Shown here: positions 30,691 through 40,107 of the stretch, one piece after another | Numbering within the stretch: the first letter of the stretch is position 1 | How the letters are laid out: the number at the start of each line of letters is the position of its first letter | Assembly (NCBI GenBank): GCA_963772565.1 | Contig: CAVYXU010000004.1 | Span: 3,886 to 67,885 of the forward strand | Direction: 5' to 3' | Origin: an uncultured Chloroflexia bacterium | Lineage (GTDB): Bacteria; Chloroflexota; Limnocylindria; Limnocylindrales; CSP1-4 | Length of the DNA stretch: 64,000 bases | The notes under the pieces: model-generated | The model's database searches: none | Seen by the model: only the letters and a program-made list of their open reading frames with translations | What the model was told of the DNA's origin: nothing | Translations under genes and position numbers: made by a program

Positions 30691-30894
30691 GTCCTCCTCG
30701 TCGCGATTCTTGACCACGGAGGCGACGCTGTCGAACCGTCTTCCGGGCTATCGCACTGCCTGCGACGGCACGGTCGAACAGGCGGGCTCAACGCCCGACC
30801 CCGTCGACCCGCCCCGCGCAACACCGTCATTGACGTAGCAGGCCCGCACGGCTGACGATCAACCAGCCTTCCGACCACCAGCCCGAGGACCCCG

Positions 30895-32403
30895 ATGCCC
30901 GAGGCAGCCACCACCACCGAGACCTTCCGCCTGTTCATCGCCGGCCGCTGGGTCAGTGGCGTGTCCGGCGAGACGTTCGACAGCGTCAACCCCGCCGACA
31001 CGCGAGATGTCGTCGGGCGGTTCCAGGCGGGCTCCCCGGCCGATGTTGCGATGGCGATCCGCGCCGCCGACACGGCGCTGCCCGAGTGGAAGGCGACCCC
31101 GGCGCCCAAGCGGGGCGAGCTCCTGTACCGCTTCGGGGCGCTGATGGCCGAGCACAAGGAACGGCTCGCCCGGGCGATGACCCGGGAGATGGGGAAGGTG
31201 CTGGCCGAAGCGCGGGGCGACGTCCAGGAGGGGATCGACATCGCGTTCCTGATGGCCGGCGAGGGCCGCCGGATGTTCGGCGACACGGTTCCGTCGGAGC
31301 TGCCGGACAAATGGGCGATGAGCATCCGCCAGCCGATCGGGATCGCCGGGATCATCACGCCCTGGAACTTTCCGATCGCGATCCCGTGCTGGAAGATGAT
31401 GCCCGCGCTCGTGGCCGGCAACACGGTGGTGTTCAAGCCCTCGAGCGACGCGCCCCATTGCGCCACCCTGCTGGTCGAGCTGATGGCGGAGGCGGGGTTC
31501 CCGCCGGGCGTCGTCAACCTGGTCACGGGGTCCGGCGCGGCCGTCGGTGATCCGATCGTGGACAACCCGGAGATCGGCGTGATCTCGTTCACCGGCTCGT
31601 CGTCGACGGGGCGCACGATCGCGGAGCGCGCGGGACGGCGGCTCAAGCGGCTCAGCCTTGAGCTGGGTGGCAAGAACGCCGTCGTCGTCCTTCGTGACGC
31701 GGACCTCGACCTCGCGGTCGACGGGATCCTGTGGTCGGCGTTCGGGACCACCGGCCAGCGGTGCACCGCTTGCTCACGGGTGATCGCGGACCGGGCGATC
31801 GCCGATGACCTGGTCGCGCGGCTGGAGGCGCGCACGAAGGCGCTCCGCCTCGGGTCCGGGCTGGACGAGACCGTCGACGTGGGTCCCCTGGTCAACGCCA
31901 GCGCCACCGACAAGGTCGAGCGGTACGTTGCCATCGGCCGGCGGGAAGCCGACCTCGTGACCGGTGGTGAGCGGGCGACGGGCGGCGCCCTTGACCACGG
32001 CCATTTCTTCCAGCCGACGATCTTCCACGGCGTGGCCCCCATGGCGACCATCGCCCAGGAGGAGATCTTCGGCCCGGTCCTCTCGGTCGTGCCGGTCGAC
32101 GGCTACGACGAGGCGATGATGGCCGCCAACCAGGTGAAGTACGGGCTGTCGGCGTCCGTGTACACGCGTGACGTGAACATGGCCTTCCGTGCGATGCGCG
32201 ACTTCGAGACCGGGATCGTGTACGTCAACGCCGGTACCACCGGCGCCGAGACACACCTTCCATTCGGCGGCTGGAAGAACACCGGCAACGGCCATCGCGA
32301 GGCGGGCCACGTGGCGCTCGACACGTTCACGGAATGGAAGGCTGTGTACGTGGACTTCAGCGGCCACCTGCAGCGAGCCCAGATCGACAACCAGCCGGCC
32401 TGA
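30895..32403 (+). CDS. NAD(P)-dependent aldehyde dehydrogenase
   Basis: ELGGKNA and GQRCTA catalytic motifs. Confidence 0.95.
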   Translation: MPEAATTTETFRLFIAGRWVSGVSGETFDSVNPADTRDVVGRFQAGSPADVAMAIRAADTALPEWKATPAPKRGELLYRFGALMAEHKERLARAMTREMGKVLAEARGDVQEGIDIAFLMAGEGRRMFGDTVPSELPDKWAMSIRQPIGIAGIITPWNFPIAIPCWKMMPALVAGNTVVFKPSSDAPHCATLLVELMAEAGFPPGVVNLVTGSGAAVGDPIVDNPEIGVISFTGSSSTGRTIAERAGRRLKRLSLELGGKNAVVVLRDADLDLAVDGILWSAFGTTGQRCTACSRVIADRAIADDLVARLEARTKALRLGSGLDETVDVGPLVNASATDKVERYVAIGRREADLVTGGERATGGALDHGHFFQPTIFHGVAPMATIAQEEIFGPVLSVVPVDGYDEAMMAANQVKYGLSASVYTRDVNMAFRAMRDFETGIVYVNAGTTGAETHLPFGGWKNTGNGHREAGHVALDTFTEWKAVYVDFSGHLQRAQIDNQPA

Positions 32404-32507
32404 CGAGCGAGAGAGCGGACGCCACGATCGGGTGGGCCGGCGCGATCCTGTGCGCCGAAGTCGCCAGCGCGCCGCGCGCGTGACTTGCGCTATCCTTCCG
32501 CCGGTCC

Positions 32508-32582
32508 GGGCGCGTAGCTCAACGGTAGAGCAAGTGACTCTTAATCACTAGGTTCAGGGTTCGAATCCCTGCGCGCTCACCA
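32508..32582 (+). tRNA. tRNA-Lys (anticodon CTT), CCA encoded
   Basis: Hand-folded cloverleaf: 7-bp acceptor stem with one G-U pair, D arm gctc/gagc, anticodon loop cTCTTAa, T arm caggg-ttcgaat-ccctg. Confidence 0.9.
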
Positions 32583-32600
32583 CTCTCCCACGCACGAAAC

Positions 32601-32640
32601 AGCCCCTCCAGGCGGACCCGGAGGGGCTTTCGATTATTGG
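32601..32640 (+). terminator. rho-independent-type terminator after the tRNA
   Basis: 9-bp stem agcccctcc/ggaggggct followed by the T-rich ttcgattatt. Confidence 0.6.
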
Positions 32641-32740
32641 GTCCTGCCGGACCCCTCGGCCGAGTGAAGACGGGTCGCCCAGCCCTTGATCGCCGGTTCG
32701 CCTGGCCCCTCGTTCCATCGACCCCCGGGCGTACTCTTGG

Positions 32741-33031
32741 GTGGTGACCCTGAGACACGAGCGCTTCGCCCTCCATGACGTGACCTTCGCGGGGGTTCCG
32801 TTGCCCAGCGCGACGATGGACTGCTGGGATGACACCCGCGGTCAGCCGCAGTGGCTTGCGCGCGTATCGACACGGACATGCCCGGTCGTGACCGCCGGAG
32901 AGCTGTCCGGCCGGACCGCCAGTGGACGCACGTTGTCCGGTCACGCCGTGGTCGCCGATCAACAGGTCGGTTCCGGCAGCCGGCGAGAGACGATCGTCGT
33001 GTTCCACGGCGCCGGGGCGCTGCACGGCTAG
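32741..33031 (+). CDS. hypothetical protein
   Basis: 96-aa ORF with moderate GC3 and no recognisable motif. Confidence 0.35.
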   Translation: MVTLRHERFALHDVTFAGVPLPSATMDCWDDTRGQPQWLARVSTRTCPVVTAGELSGRTASGRTLSGHAVVADQQVGSGSRRETIVVFHGAGALHG

Positions 33032-33060
33032 AGCCCCGATCGATCCGCCGCGGGCAGCGG

Positions 33061-33087
33061 AAGGGCCCCGGCGATGCCGGGGCCCTT
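33061..33087. terminator. GC-rich hairpin between convergent genes (12-bp stem, GAT loop)
   Basis: aagggccccggc-gat-gccggggccctt, a perfect inverted repeat. Confidence 0.6.
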
Positions 33088-33115
33088 GCTCGATTGGCCG
33101 TCGTGAGACGATCCG

Positions 33116-36100
33116 CTACTTCTGGAAGTCGAACAGCACCTCGTGTGATGTCCCATCCACGAGTGTGAAGCTCAGCTGCTGGCAGGTCCCGGCCAACGCC
33201 TTGTCGGTCTTCCAGGTGTAGACGTACTGGTCGGCGATCGGGTCATACCGGAGGCTGCCCGTTGCGGCCACGGCGGGGCCGGTCGGGGTCCCATCCGTGC
33301 ACGAGATCGGCGTCGCCGTCGGTCCGCTGGCGAAGATGTCCGAGCCGCGATCGCCGCCGAGGCTGAACTTGACGGGCACGGTCCGGCCAGCCTTGGCGGC
33401 GTTGAATCCCGGCGCCGGGTCGACCGGAGGCCGGAACCCGCTGAACGGGAACGGGATCACGAACGTGGCGACGCCCGGATCGTGATCGCTGGTGCCGCGC
33501 GCGACGTCGCCGGGGTAGTCCGCCGGGAAGTCGCTGTTGATGTGCGCAATCCTGAACTGGTCGAGGTTCGCGAGCATCGAGGGCGTCACGAACATCTGGT
33601 CGAGCGTCTGCGCCATGCCCTGGTACACGTAGGAGTAGGCGGACGCAGGCGCCTGGCCGAGCAGGACCTCCCACAGGTTCTTCAGCCCGAGGGACGGATC
33701 GTAGAGCGCGCCGAGCTGGTCGCTCGAGCCGGCCTGCCCGATCGGCGCGAACGGGTCATCCGGTCGCGGATAGACGTTGAGGTCGCCGCCGACGACGACC
33801 CGGGCATCCGGGTTGGCCTGCTCGAGATAGGCCACCAGCGCGGCGTTGTAGTTGGCCTGCTCGGTGCGGTGGTCGACGCACGCGTCAGGGCCGCTCTTGA
33901 AGTGGTTGTTGACCACGTACACGTCCTGCTGGAGATCGGCGTCGATCCCGGTGCCGTGGATCCGGAACAGGGCGACGCCGGGCGCGCGCGGGAAGACCCA
34001 CGCGGTCTCGCACGCGGAGACGCCGGCCGGCAGCTCGGCGTTGAGGGTCTTGGGGTTGGACACGTCGGCGTCGTACGGGACAGGCGTGTAGCCACCGATC
34101 GCGGGATCGCCGCCCAGGACCGGGTCACCCGCCGGTGGCAGGAGCTCGACCCGGTCGGTGCGGTAGAGGAAGGCCGGGGCGATGCCCCGCAGGTCCGAGC
34201 TGTCGCGGTCGAACGCGGCGTCGTAGGCGGGACCGCCCAGGGCGCTGATCCGAAGCGCGAGCTCCTGGAGCACGTCGGGCTTGCCGTCCGCGTTGTTGGT
34301 CGTGCCGCAGGCGAGGGCTCCGGCCGACACGGTACAGATGTCCTGGTTCTCGACCTCCTGGACCATCAGGATGTCCGGGCTGTGGAGGTCGGTGATGACC
34401 TGGTGCGCGATGTCGCCGAGTCGCGCCTGGTAGGCGGCGTCGCTCGCCGGCACGTAGTCGAACGGCGAGGACACGGCCGCCAGGAACGGGGCGACCCTGG
34501 GACACCCGCTGTCACCGGTGAAGTCGCAGCCGGAGAATGGGTCGTCGCGGTAGTCGTACAGGTTCTCGAGGTTGTAGTCGGCGATGCTGTAGCGCAGGCT
34601 GCGATCGAAGGCCTGCGGCGGGTTGTCGGCCGAAGGGTCGACGCCCTCGTTGAACACCGGCTGCCCGGTGATCTCGATCCGGTACTTGCCGAAGGTGTAG
34701 TTGAGCCCGCCCGATGGGGCGTTGGTGAGCGTATCGAACGTCCGCGCCGGATCGATCAGCGCCTGGCCGTCGGCCTCGGTCGCCTTGATGCCGAGGCTGC
34801 CCAGCAGGATCCGGTATCCGTTGCCATCCCAGCTGGTCGGGTCGTAGTTGTCATCGAGCAGGTGGGCATCGCGGAAGGCACGACGCCAGAACGGGTTCGC
34901 GCGCTGCGCGATCGTGCTGTCGGAACGCGCAACCCAGATCTCGGCATCGGCCGGGTTGAACACGTTTCGACCACCGAGGACGACGCTGCCCGCGGGGGCC
35001 TCCACGCGGCTGCCCTGGAGGCGCTCCCAGTAGCGGTTGGCATCGTCGAGCGCGACCGGCGGGTCCGCGACGGCGGCCGGGACCTCGGCGTCGACGTCGA
35101 CGCCGGTGCGCACGACCTTGAGCAGCCGCAGGCTGCCCAGCTCGGTCATGTTGTAGTACTCGCTGACCCGCCCCGACATGACGACCTCGTCGCCGACCTG
35201 TGGCACGTAGTAGCCGCCACCCGAGACGAGGATGTCGCCGTAGGCACCCATGAACGCGAACAGCCCGTCGGACGTCGTCGCGTCGCCGTCAGCCGTGGCG
35301 GCCGTGTTCTGGAGGAAGAGGCCCTTGTACGTGTTCGCGGAGTTGCTGATCGCCTGCAGGGTGTTCTCGTAGATCACGCCCTGGACGGTCACCGTCTGGC
35401 CGACGTACGGGGACAGGTGCGCGGTCCCGCTGTCCGTGTCGAGGACGGGACCGTTGACCGTCCCGATCGGAAGGATCTCCAGCACGGTGAGCGCGATCGT
35501 CGCGCTTCCGGTGCGCGCCTGGGCGTCGTCGAGCGTGCAAGCGAGGCTCGTCTCCCCGCCGGCCGTGCCGTCGGCGATCGAGGCCTGGAACGAGAACGTG
35601 AGATCGCCGGCGACATCGTCACCGTTGGTGCCGTCGTCGAACAGCGCCTGCGTCGCGGAGCCGCCGATCGCGGTCAGGTCACATGTCACGGCAAGGCCGG
35701 TGCTTGTCGGGGACGACCCCGGCGTCACGGCGACGGTCAGCAGTGTGGTGTCGCCGGCGAACAGGCTGTTCGGGGTTGCGGCGCCGACGCCGTTCGGGTC
35801 CGTGGGACCGGTGCAGCTGTGGAGCGGCGAGGCCGAGTTGCGGGGCGCCGGGGCGTCCGCCGCGAAGTCCGCGCTGTTGTCATCGGTGTCCGTGCAGCCG
35901 CCATTCGCGCGGAGGTCGGCCGTCGTGTTCGACGTCGCCGGTGCCGCGGCCCCGCCCTCGAAGAAGTTCGCGCTGCCCCAGCCGATCAGGTCGACGATCT
36001 GGGCGAGCTGCGACGGAGAGCAGGGGTTGTTGCTGCCGTTACAGCCGAGCGAGTCGGCCGTGTTGGCGAGCGCGACCTTGCCGGCCGTCCCCGACATCGC

Positions 36101-36502
36101 GATCGGGGACGTGTCGGTGATGTCCGGCGTCGGGAGGGCCGTCGTGCCTCCGGATCCCTGCGCTTCCTCGACGAGGATGTACTGGCCGGGCCCGATCGAG
36201 CCGGCGAGCGGCGTGAGCTGGGTGCTGCTCGAACCGAGGTTGCCGGTGCCCGTCGCCGACGCGTACTGGACGGACCAGCCGCTCAATGAGACCGTGGAGG
36301 TCCCGCGGTTGAACAGCTCGATGAAGTCGTTGGTGTACGTCGCACCGCTGTTGCCGCCACCGCCATACACCTGGCTGATCACGACATCGGGTGATGCGGC
36401 AGCGGCCGGGGCGGGTAGTGCCGCCCCTGCCGATCCCGCTATCAGGGCTGCTGCGACGGCGAGAATTCCCGCACGCCTGTAGGCAAGCCGCGCATTCGGC
36501 AT
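33116..36502 (-). CDS. ExeM/NucH-type extracellular nuclease (lamin-tail domain plus endonuclease/exonuclease/phosphatase domain)
   Basis: Signal peptide, then an N-terminal VISQVYGGGGNSGATYTNDFIELFN LTD signature, and a C-terminal EEP region (ILMVQEVEN, GTSDHDP). Confidence 0.85.
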   Translation of the reverse strand: MPNARLAYRRAGILAVAAALIAGSAGAALPAPAAAASPDVVISQVYGGGGNSGATYTNDFIELFNRGTSTVSLSGWSVQYASATGTGNLGSSSTQLTPLAGSIGPGQYILVEEAQGSGGTTALPTPDITDTSPIAMSGTAGKVALANTADSLGCNGSNNPCSPSQLAQIVDLIGWGSANFFEGGAAAPATSNTTADLRANGGCTDTDDNSADFAADAPAPRNSASPLHSCTGPTDPNGVGAATPNSLFAGDTTLLTVAVTPGSSPTSTGLAVTCDLTAIGGSATQALFDDGTNGDDVAGDLTFSFQASIADGTAGGETSLACTLDDAQARTGSATIALTVLEILPIGTVNGPVLDTDSGTAHLSPYVGQTVTVQGVIYENTLQAISNSANTYKGLFLQNTAATADGDATTSDGLFAFMGAYGDILVSGGGYYVPQVGDEVVMSGRVSEYYNMTELGSLRLLKVVRTGVDVDAEVPAAVADPPVALDDANRYWERLQGSRVEAPAGSVVLGGRNVFNPADAEIWVARSDSTIAQRANPFWRRAFRDAHLLDDNYDPTSWDGNGYRILLGSLGIKATEADGQALIDPARTFDTLTNAPSGGLNYTFGKYRIEITGQPVFNEGVDPSADNPPQAFDRSLRYSIADYNLENLYDYRDDPFSGCDFTGDSGCPRVAPFLAAVSSPFDYVPASDAAYQARLGDIAHQVITDLHSPDILMVQEVENQDICTVSAGALACGTTNNADGKPDVLQELALRISALGGPAYDAAFDRDSSDLRGIAPAFLYRTDRVELLPPAGDPVLGGDPAIGGYTPVPYDADVSNPKTLNAELPAGVSACETAWVFPRAPGVALFRIHGTGIDADLQQDVYVVNNHFKSGPDACVDHRTEQANYNAALVAYLEQANPDARVVVGGDLNVYPRPDDPFAPIGQAGSSDQLGALYDPSLGLKNLWEVLLGQAPASAYSYVYQGMAQTLDQMFVTPSMLANLDQFRIAHINSDFPADYPGDVARGTSDHDPGVATFVIPFPFSGFRPPVDPAPGFNAAKAGRTVPVKFSLGGDRGSDIFASGPTATPISCTDGTPTGPAVAATGSLRYDPIADQYVYTWKTDKALAGTCQQLSFTLVDGTSHEVLFDFQK

Positions 36503-36908
36503 GAGTGCCCTCCTCCATTCGCCGATGGTCGGTCGGCCGCAGGGGACGCGGTCGATACCCCGATCCTAGCCCTCAGCGACAACCCTGGCGATCTCGCGAC
36601 GTTGCACCTACGCGGCAAGTGCACGGCCCTGTGTTGCGCTTCCCTGCTGTCGCCCCCGCGCCGGCTCCCCTTGCGTCGATCTCCTCGCATCGCCACCGAC
36701 CCACGTCGGGCCCGACCCTGCCGTCCGACCCGCCTCTCGTAGCCATCCGGGCCCCTGAACCATGCCCTTGGCAGGGCCGGACGGCGACCAGTGGCACGCC
36801 CACCAGGTCCACGCGTCGCCCATAGTCGACACCGGCGTCCCTTGATCACGCTGTGGCCGATGTGGGGCCCCCGGCACCCGCCCGCCGCGGCGAACGAGCG
36901 AGTTTGAC

Positions 36909-38330
36909 GTGATGGCTGACGACGGGCTCTACGCTGCGCTGGTCCGGCGCGGGATGACCCGGCGCTCATTCCTCCAGTTCTCGACCGCCATGGCGGCCGC
37001 CCTTGCGCTGCCAGCCGCATACGCCCCCCGGATCGCGGAGGCCGTGGCCAAGGCGCCCCGGCTGCCGGTGATCTGGCTCCGCGGCCAGGCCTGTGGTGGC
37101 GAGACTGAGGCGTTCCTCCGCGCGTCGGACCCGACGGCCGGATCGCTGCTGCTCGACCTGTTGTCGGTCGAGTACCACGAGACGTTGATGGCCCCGACCG
37201 GCGCCGCCGCCGACCTTGCGAGGACCAGCGCGATGGAGCGCTACCCGAACGGGTACCTGGCGGTGGTCGAGGGTTCGATCCCGACCGGAGCCGGTGGCGC
37301 CTACTGCATGGTGGGCGGTCGCGCGATCGCCGACATCGTGCGCGAGGTGAGCGACGGTGCGCTGGCCACGATCGCGGTCGGCGCGTGCGCGTTCGATGGC
37401 GGCGCCCCTGGCGCCGGCGGCGGCGTGACCGACGCCCGCAGCGTGAGCGAGATCATGTCAGGCGGTGGTCCGCTGATCGCGCTGCCGGGCAGCCCGCTCA
37501 ACGTGGACAACCTTGTCGCGACGATCGTCCACTACCTGACGTTCAACGACTGGCCTGCGACCGACGGCCGGGGCCGCCCCCTGTTCGCCTACGGCCCGTT
37601 GATCCACAACGAATGCGAACGTCGGCCGCATTTCGAGTTCGGGGAGTTCGTGCAGGCATGGGGCGACGAGGGCGCCCAGAAGGGCTGGTGCCTGTACAAG
37701 ATGGGCTGCAAGGGTCCGGAGTCGTTCGGAAACTGCGCGACCCAGCGGTTTGCTGAGGGCACGAGCTGGCCGATCCAGGCCGGGCACGGCTGCATCGGCT
37801 GCACGATGCCGGACTTCTGGGACGCGATGAGCCCGTTCTACCGGAGGCTCCCGTCGCCGGTGCCGTTCTTCCCCAACGTGACTGCGGACGGCGTCGGAAC
37901 TGCCCTGGTGGGCGGGATCGGGGCTGTCGCGGCAGTCCACGGCGCCGGCATGTACCTGCGGACGCGCCGCAACCGTCGTGCTGAGCGGCGAGCCGCCGCA
38001 ACAGCCGCAGCAACAGCCGCCACCGCAACAGCCGATGGGACGCCGGTGGCCGTGTCGGTCCCGGTCGACACAACAGCCGCCCGGGTTCGCGCGGTCTCGC
38101 CTGCACCGGCGACGCCCGAGCCGGTTGCCCCCACCGAGCTGGTCCCAGCCCCGCCGGCCCCGGCCACGCCGGATTCCAGTGATCGCCCCGAGCCGGCAAC
38201 GGTCGAGCCGGCAACGGTCGAGCCGGCAACGGTCGAGCCGGTCCTGGCCACGCCGGAATCCGGCGATCGTCCTGATCCCGCGACGCCCGAGCCGGCCCCG
38301 GCCACCGGCGACGATCCCGAGGCGCGCTGA
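36909..38330 (+). CDS. [NiFe]-hydrogenase small subunit, Tat-exported, membrane-anchored (HyaA-like) with long disordered C-terminal tail
   Basis: RRSFLQF twin-arginine signal. Medial and distal cluster ligands are present (HNEC, WCLY, GCKGP, GNCAT, HGCIGC). C-terminal TM helix followed by about 115 aa of A/T/P/E-rich tail. Confidence 0.95.
   Translation: MMADDGLYAALVRRGMTRRSFLQFSTAMAAALALPAAYAPRIAEAVAKAPRLPVIWLRGQACGGETEAFLRASDPTAGSLLLDLLSVEYHETLMAPTGAAADLARTSAMERYPNGYLAVVEGSIPTGAGGAYCMVGGRAIADIVREVSDGALATIAVGACAFDGGAPGAGGGVTDARSVSEIMSGGGPLIALPGSPLNVDNLVATIVHYLTFNDWPATDGRGRPLFAYGPLIHNECERRPHFEFGEFVQAWGDEGAQKGWCLYKMGCKGPESFGNCATQRFAEGTSWPIQAGHGCIGCTMPDFWDAMSPFYRRLPSPVPFFPNVTADGVGTALVGGIGAVAAVHGAGMYLRTRRNRRAERRAAATAAATAATATADGTPVAVSVPVDTTAARVRAVSPAPATPEPVAPTELVPAPPAPATPDSSDRPEPATVEPATVEPATVEPVLATPESGDRPDPATPEPAPATGDDPEAR
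38190..38243 (+). repeat. 15-bp tandem repeat x3.6 (gagccggcaacggtc) encoding EPATV repeats
   Basis: Perfect tandem copies inside the small-subunit tail. Confidence 0.9.
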
Positions 38331-38331
38331 C

Positions 38332-40107
38332 ATGGCCCGGATCGCCATCGACCCTGTCACCCGCGTAGGCGGCCACCTCCGGATCGAGGCGGACGTCGCC
38401 GCCGGCGAGGTCCGGGATGCGTGGAGCGCCGGGACCATGTTCCGGGGCCTGGAGCTGGTCCTCCGCGGCCGCGATCCCCGCGATGCGTGGATGATCGCCG
38501 ACCGCGTCTGCGGCACCTGCACGGGCGTGCATGCTCTGGCGTCCGTGAGGGCCGTGGAGGACGCGCTGGGCATCACGATCCCGGACAACGCCCGGCTCGT
38601 CCGCAACATCCTCGCGGCCACGCTCGCGGTCCGCGACCACATCGTGCAGTTCTACCTCGCCCAGCTTCCGGACTGGGTCGATGCGACGGTCGCGCTGGGC
38701 GCGGACTCCACCGCTGCCTCGACCCTCGCGCGCTCGATGAGCGACTGGCCGCAGTCCAGCCCGGACTACTTCAGCGGCGTCCGCGACCGGCTGGCCACGG
38801 CAACCTCGTCCGGGCAGGCGGGCCCGTTTGCGCCATCGTTCGCCGGTCATCCGGGCTACCAGCTGTCGCCGGAGCTGAGCCTGGTTCTGCTCGCACACGC
38901 GATCGAGGCGCTCGACTGGCAGCGCGACTTCATGCGGATCCACACGCTGCTGGGCGGCCGCGACCCGCACCCGCAGTCGTACCTCGTCGGCGGCGTCTCG
39001 CTGACGCCGCCCTGGGGCGGCCCGCCTGCACGGCGCGCCGGCGAGCATCCGCAGCTGCCGGACCGCAACACGCCGTCGGCGTTGAGCGATGCGGGCCTCA
39101 CCCTGATCGACAACCTGATCAGCAAGGCCCAGACGTTCATCTCGTGGGTCCTGATGCCCGACGCTCTCCAGCTGGCGCAGGCGTACCCGGACTGGGGCAA
39201 GGTCGGCCGGGGGACGGGCAGCTACCTGGCCTTCGGCGACTACCCGGGCGCGGCCGTCGAGGCCGGCAAGCTGTTCCTGCCGCGAGGTCGGATCCTCGGT
39301 GGCAACCTCGCGTCCCTGTCCGAGATGAACGCGACCTCGGTTGCCGAATCGGTGGCTGCCTCCTGGTATGCCCAGGACGACAGCGATGCCGGCCCGCGCC
39401 AACCCGTCAACGGGCGCACCGACCCGGTGTACTCCGGGCCCCCGCTCCCGCTGGTCTCGCTCGAGGGATCCACCCGGTACAGCTGGCTCAAGGCTCCGCG
39501 CTACAACGACCAGCCGATGGAGGTTGGCCCGCTGGCGCGGATGGCGGTTGCCTACGGCGACGGGCAGGTCGATGTCCGGGCAGCCATGAACACGGCGCTC
39601 ACCACGTTGGGGCTCGAGCCGGCCGCGCTGTTCAGCACCCTGGGCCGGATGGTCGCCAGGGCGGTCGAGACGCGGGTCCTCGCCAGCCAGGCAGGCGACT
39701 GGCTGATCGAGCTGCAGGGGAACCTCGCCGCAGGCGACCTCGCGCTGGTCGATGGCGGCCACTGGGATCCCGGCACCTGGCCCGCGTCGGCAGAAGGCTC
39801 GTCGCTGGGTGAGGGGCCGCGGGGTGCCGTGGGCCACTGGGTGTCGATCCGCGACGGCGTCATCGGCGACTACCAGATCGTCGACGCGACCACGTGGAAC
39901 GCTTCTCCGCGTGATGCCACGGGAACGCGCGGCCCGCTCGAGCAGGCGCTGATCGGCACGCGCGTATCCGACCCGGGCCAGCCGCTGGAGATCCTGCGGA
40001 CCGTCCACTCGTTCGATCCGTGCATGGCCTGTGCCGTCCACGTCTTCGATCCGCGCGCCGGCGGCCCGATCCAGATCCGCGTCAACCGCACGGAGACCGC
40101 CCGATGA
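38332..40107 (+). CDS. [NiFe]-hydrogenase large subunit (group 1, HyaB-like)
   Basis: RVCGTCTGVH and DPCMACAVH Ni-Fe ligand motifs, with a C-terminal extension for protease cleavage. Confidence 0.95.
   Translation: MARIAIDPVTRVGGHLRIEADVAAGEVRDAWSAGTMFRGLELVLRGRDPRDAWMIADRVCGTCTGVHALASVRAVEDALGITIPDNARLVRNILAATLAVRDHIVQFYLAQLPDWVDATVALGADSTAASTLARSMSDWPQSSPDYFSGVRDRLATATSSGQAGPFAPSFAGHPGYQLSPELSLVLLAHAIEALDWQRDFMRIHTLLGGRDPHPQSYLVGGVSLTPPWGGPPARRAGEHPQLPDRNTPSALSDAGLTLIDNLISKAQTFISWVLMPDALQLAQAYPDWGKVGRGTGSYLAFGDYPGAAVEAGKLFLPRGRILGGNLASLSEMNATSVAESVAASWYAQDDSDAGPRQPVNGRTDPVYSGPPLPLVSLEGSTRYSWLKAPRYNDQPMEVGPLARMAVAYGDGQVDVRAAMNTALTTLGLEPAALFSTLGRMVARAVETRVLASQAGDWLIELQGNLAAGDLALVDGGHWDPGTWPASAEGSSLGEGPRGAVGHWVSIRDGVIGDYQIVDATTWNASPRDATGTRGPLEQALIGTRVSDPGQPLEILRTVHSFDPCMACAVHVFDPRAGGPIQIRVNRTETAR

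Noticed and set aside
32508-33115. Possible integrated element at the tRNA-Lys 3-prime end
   Set aside because: I saw no integrase, no repeat of the tRNA 3-prime end in the stretch I checked, and only one weak 96-aa ORF before the nuclease gene.
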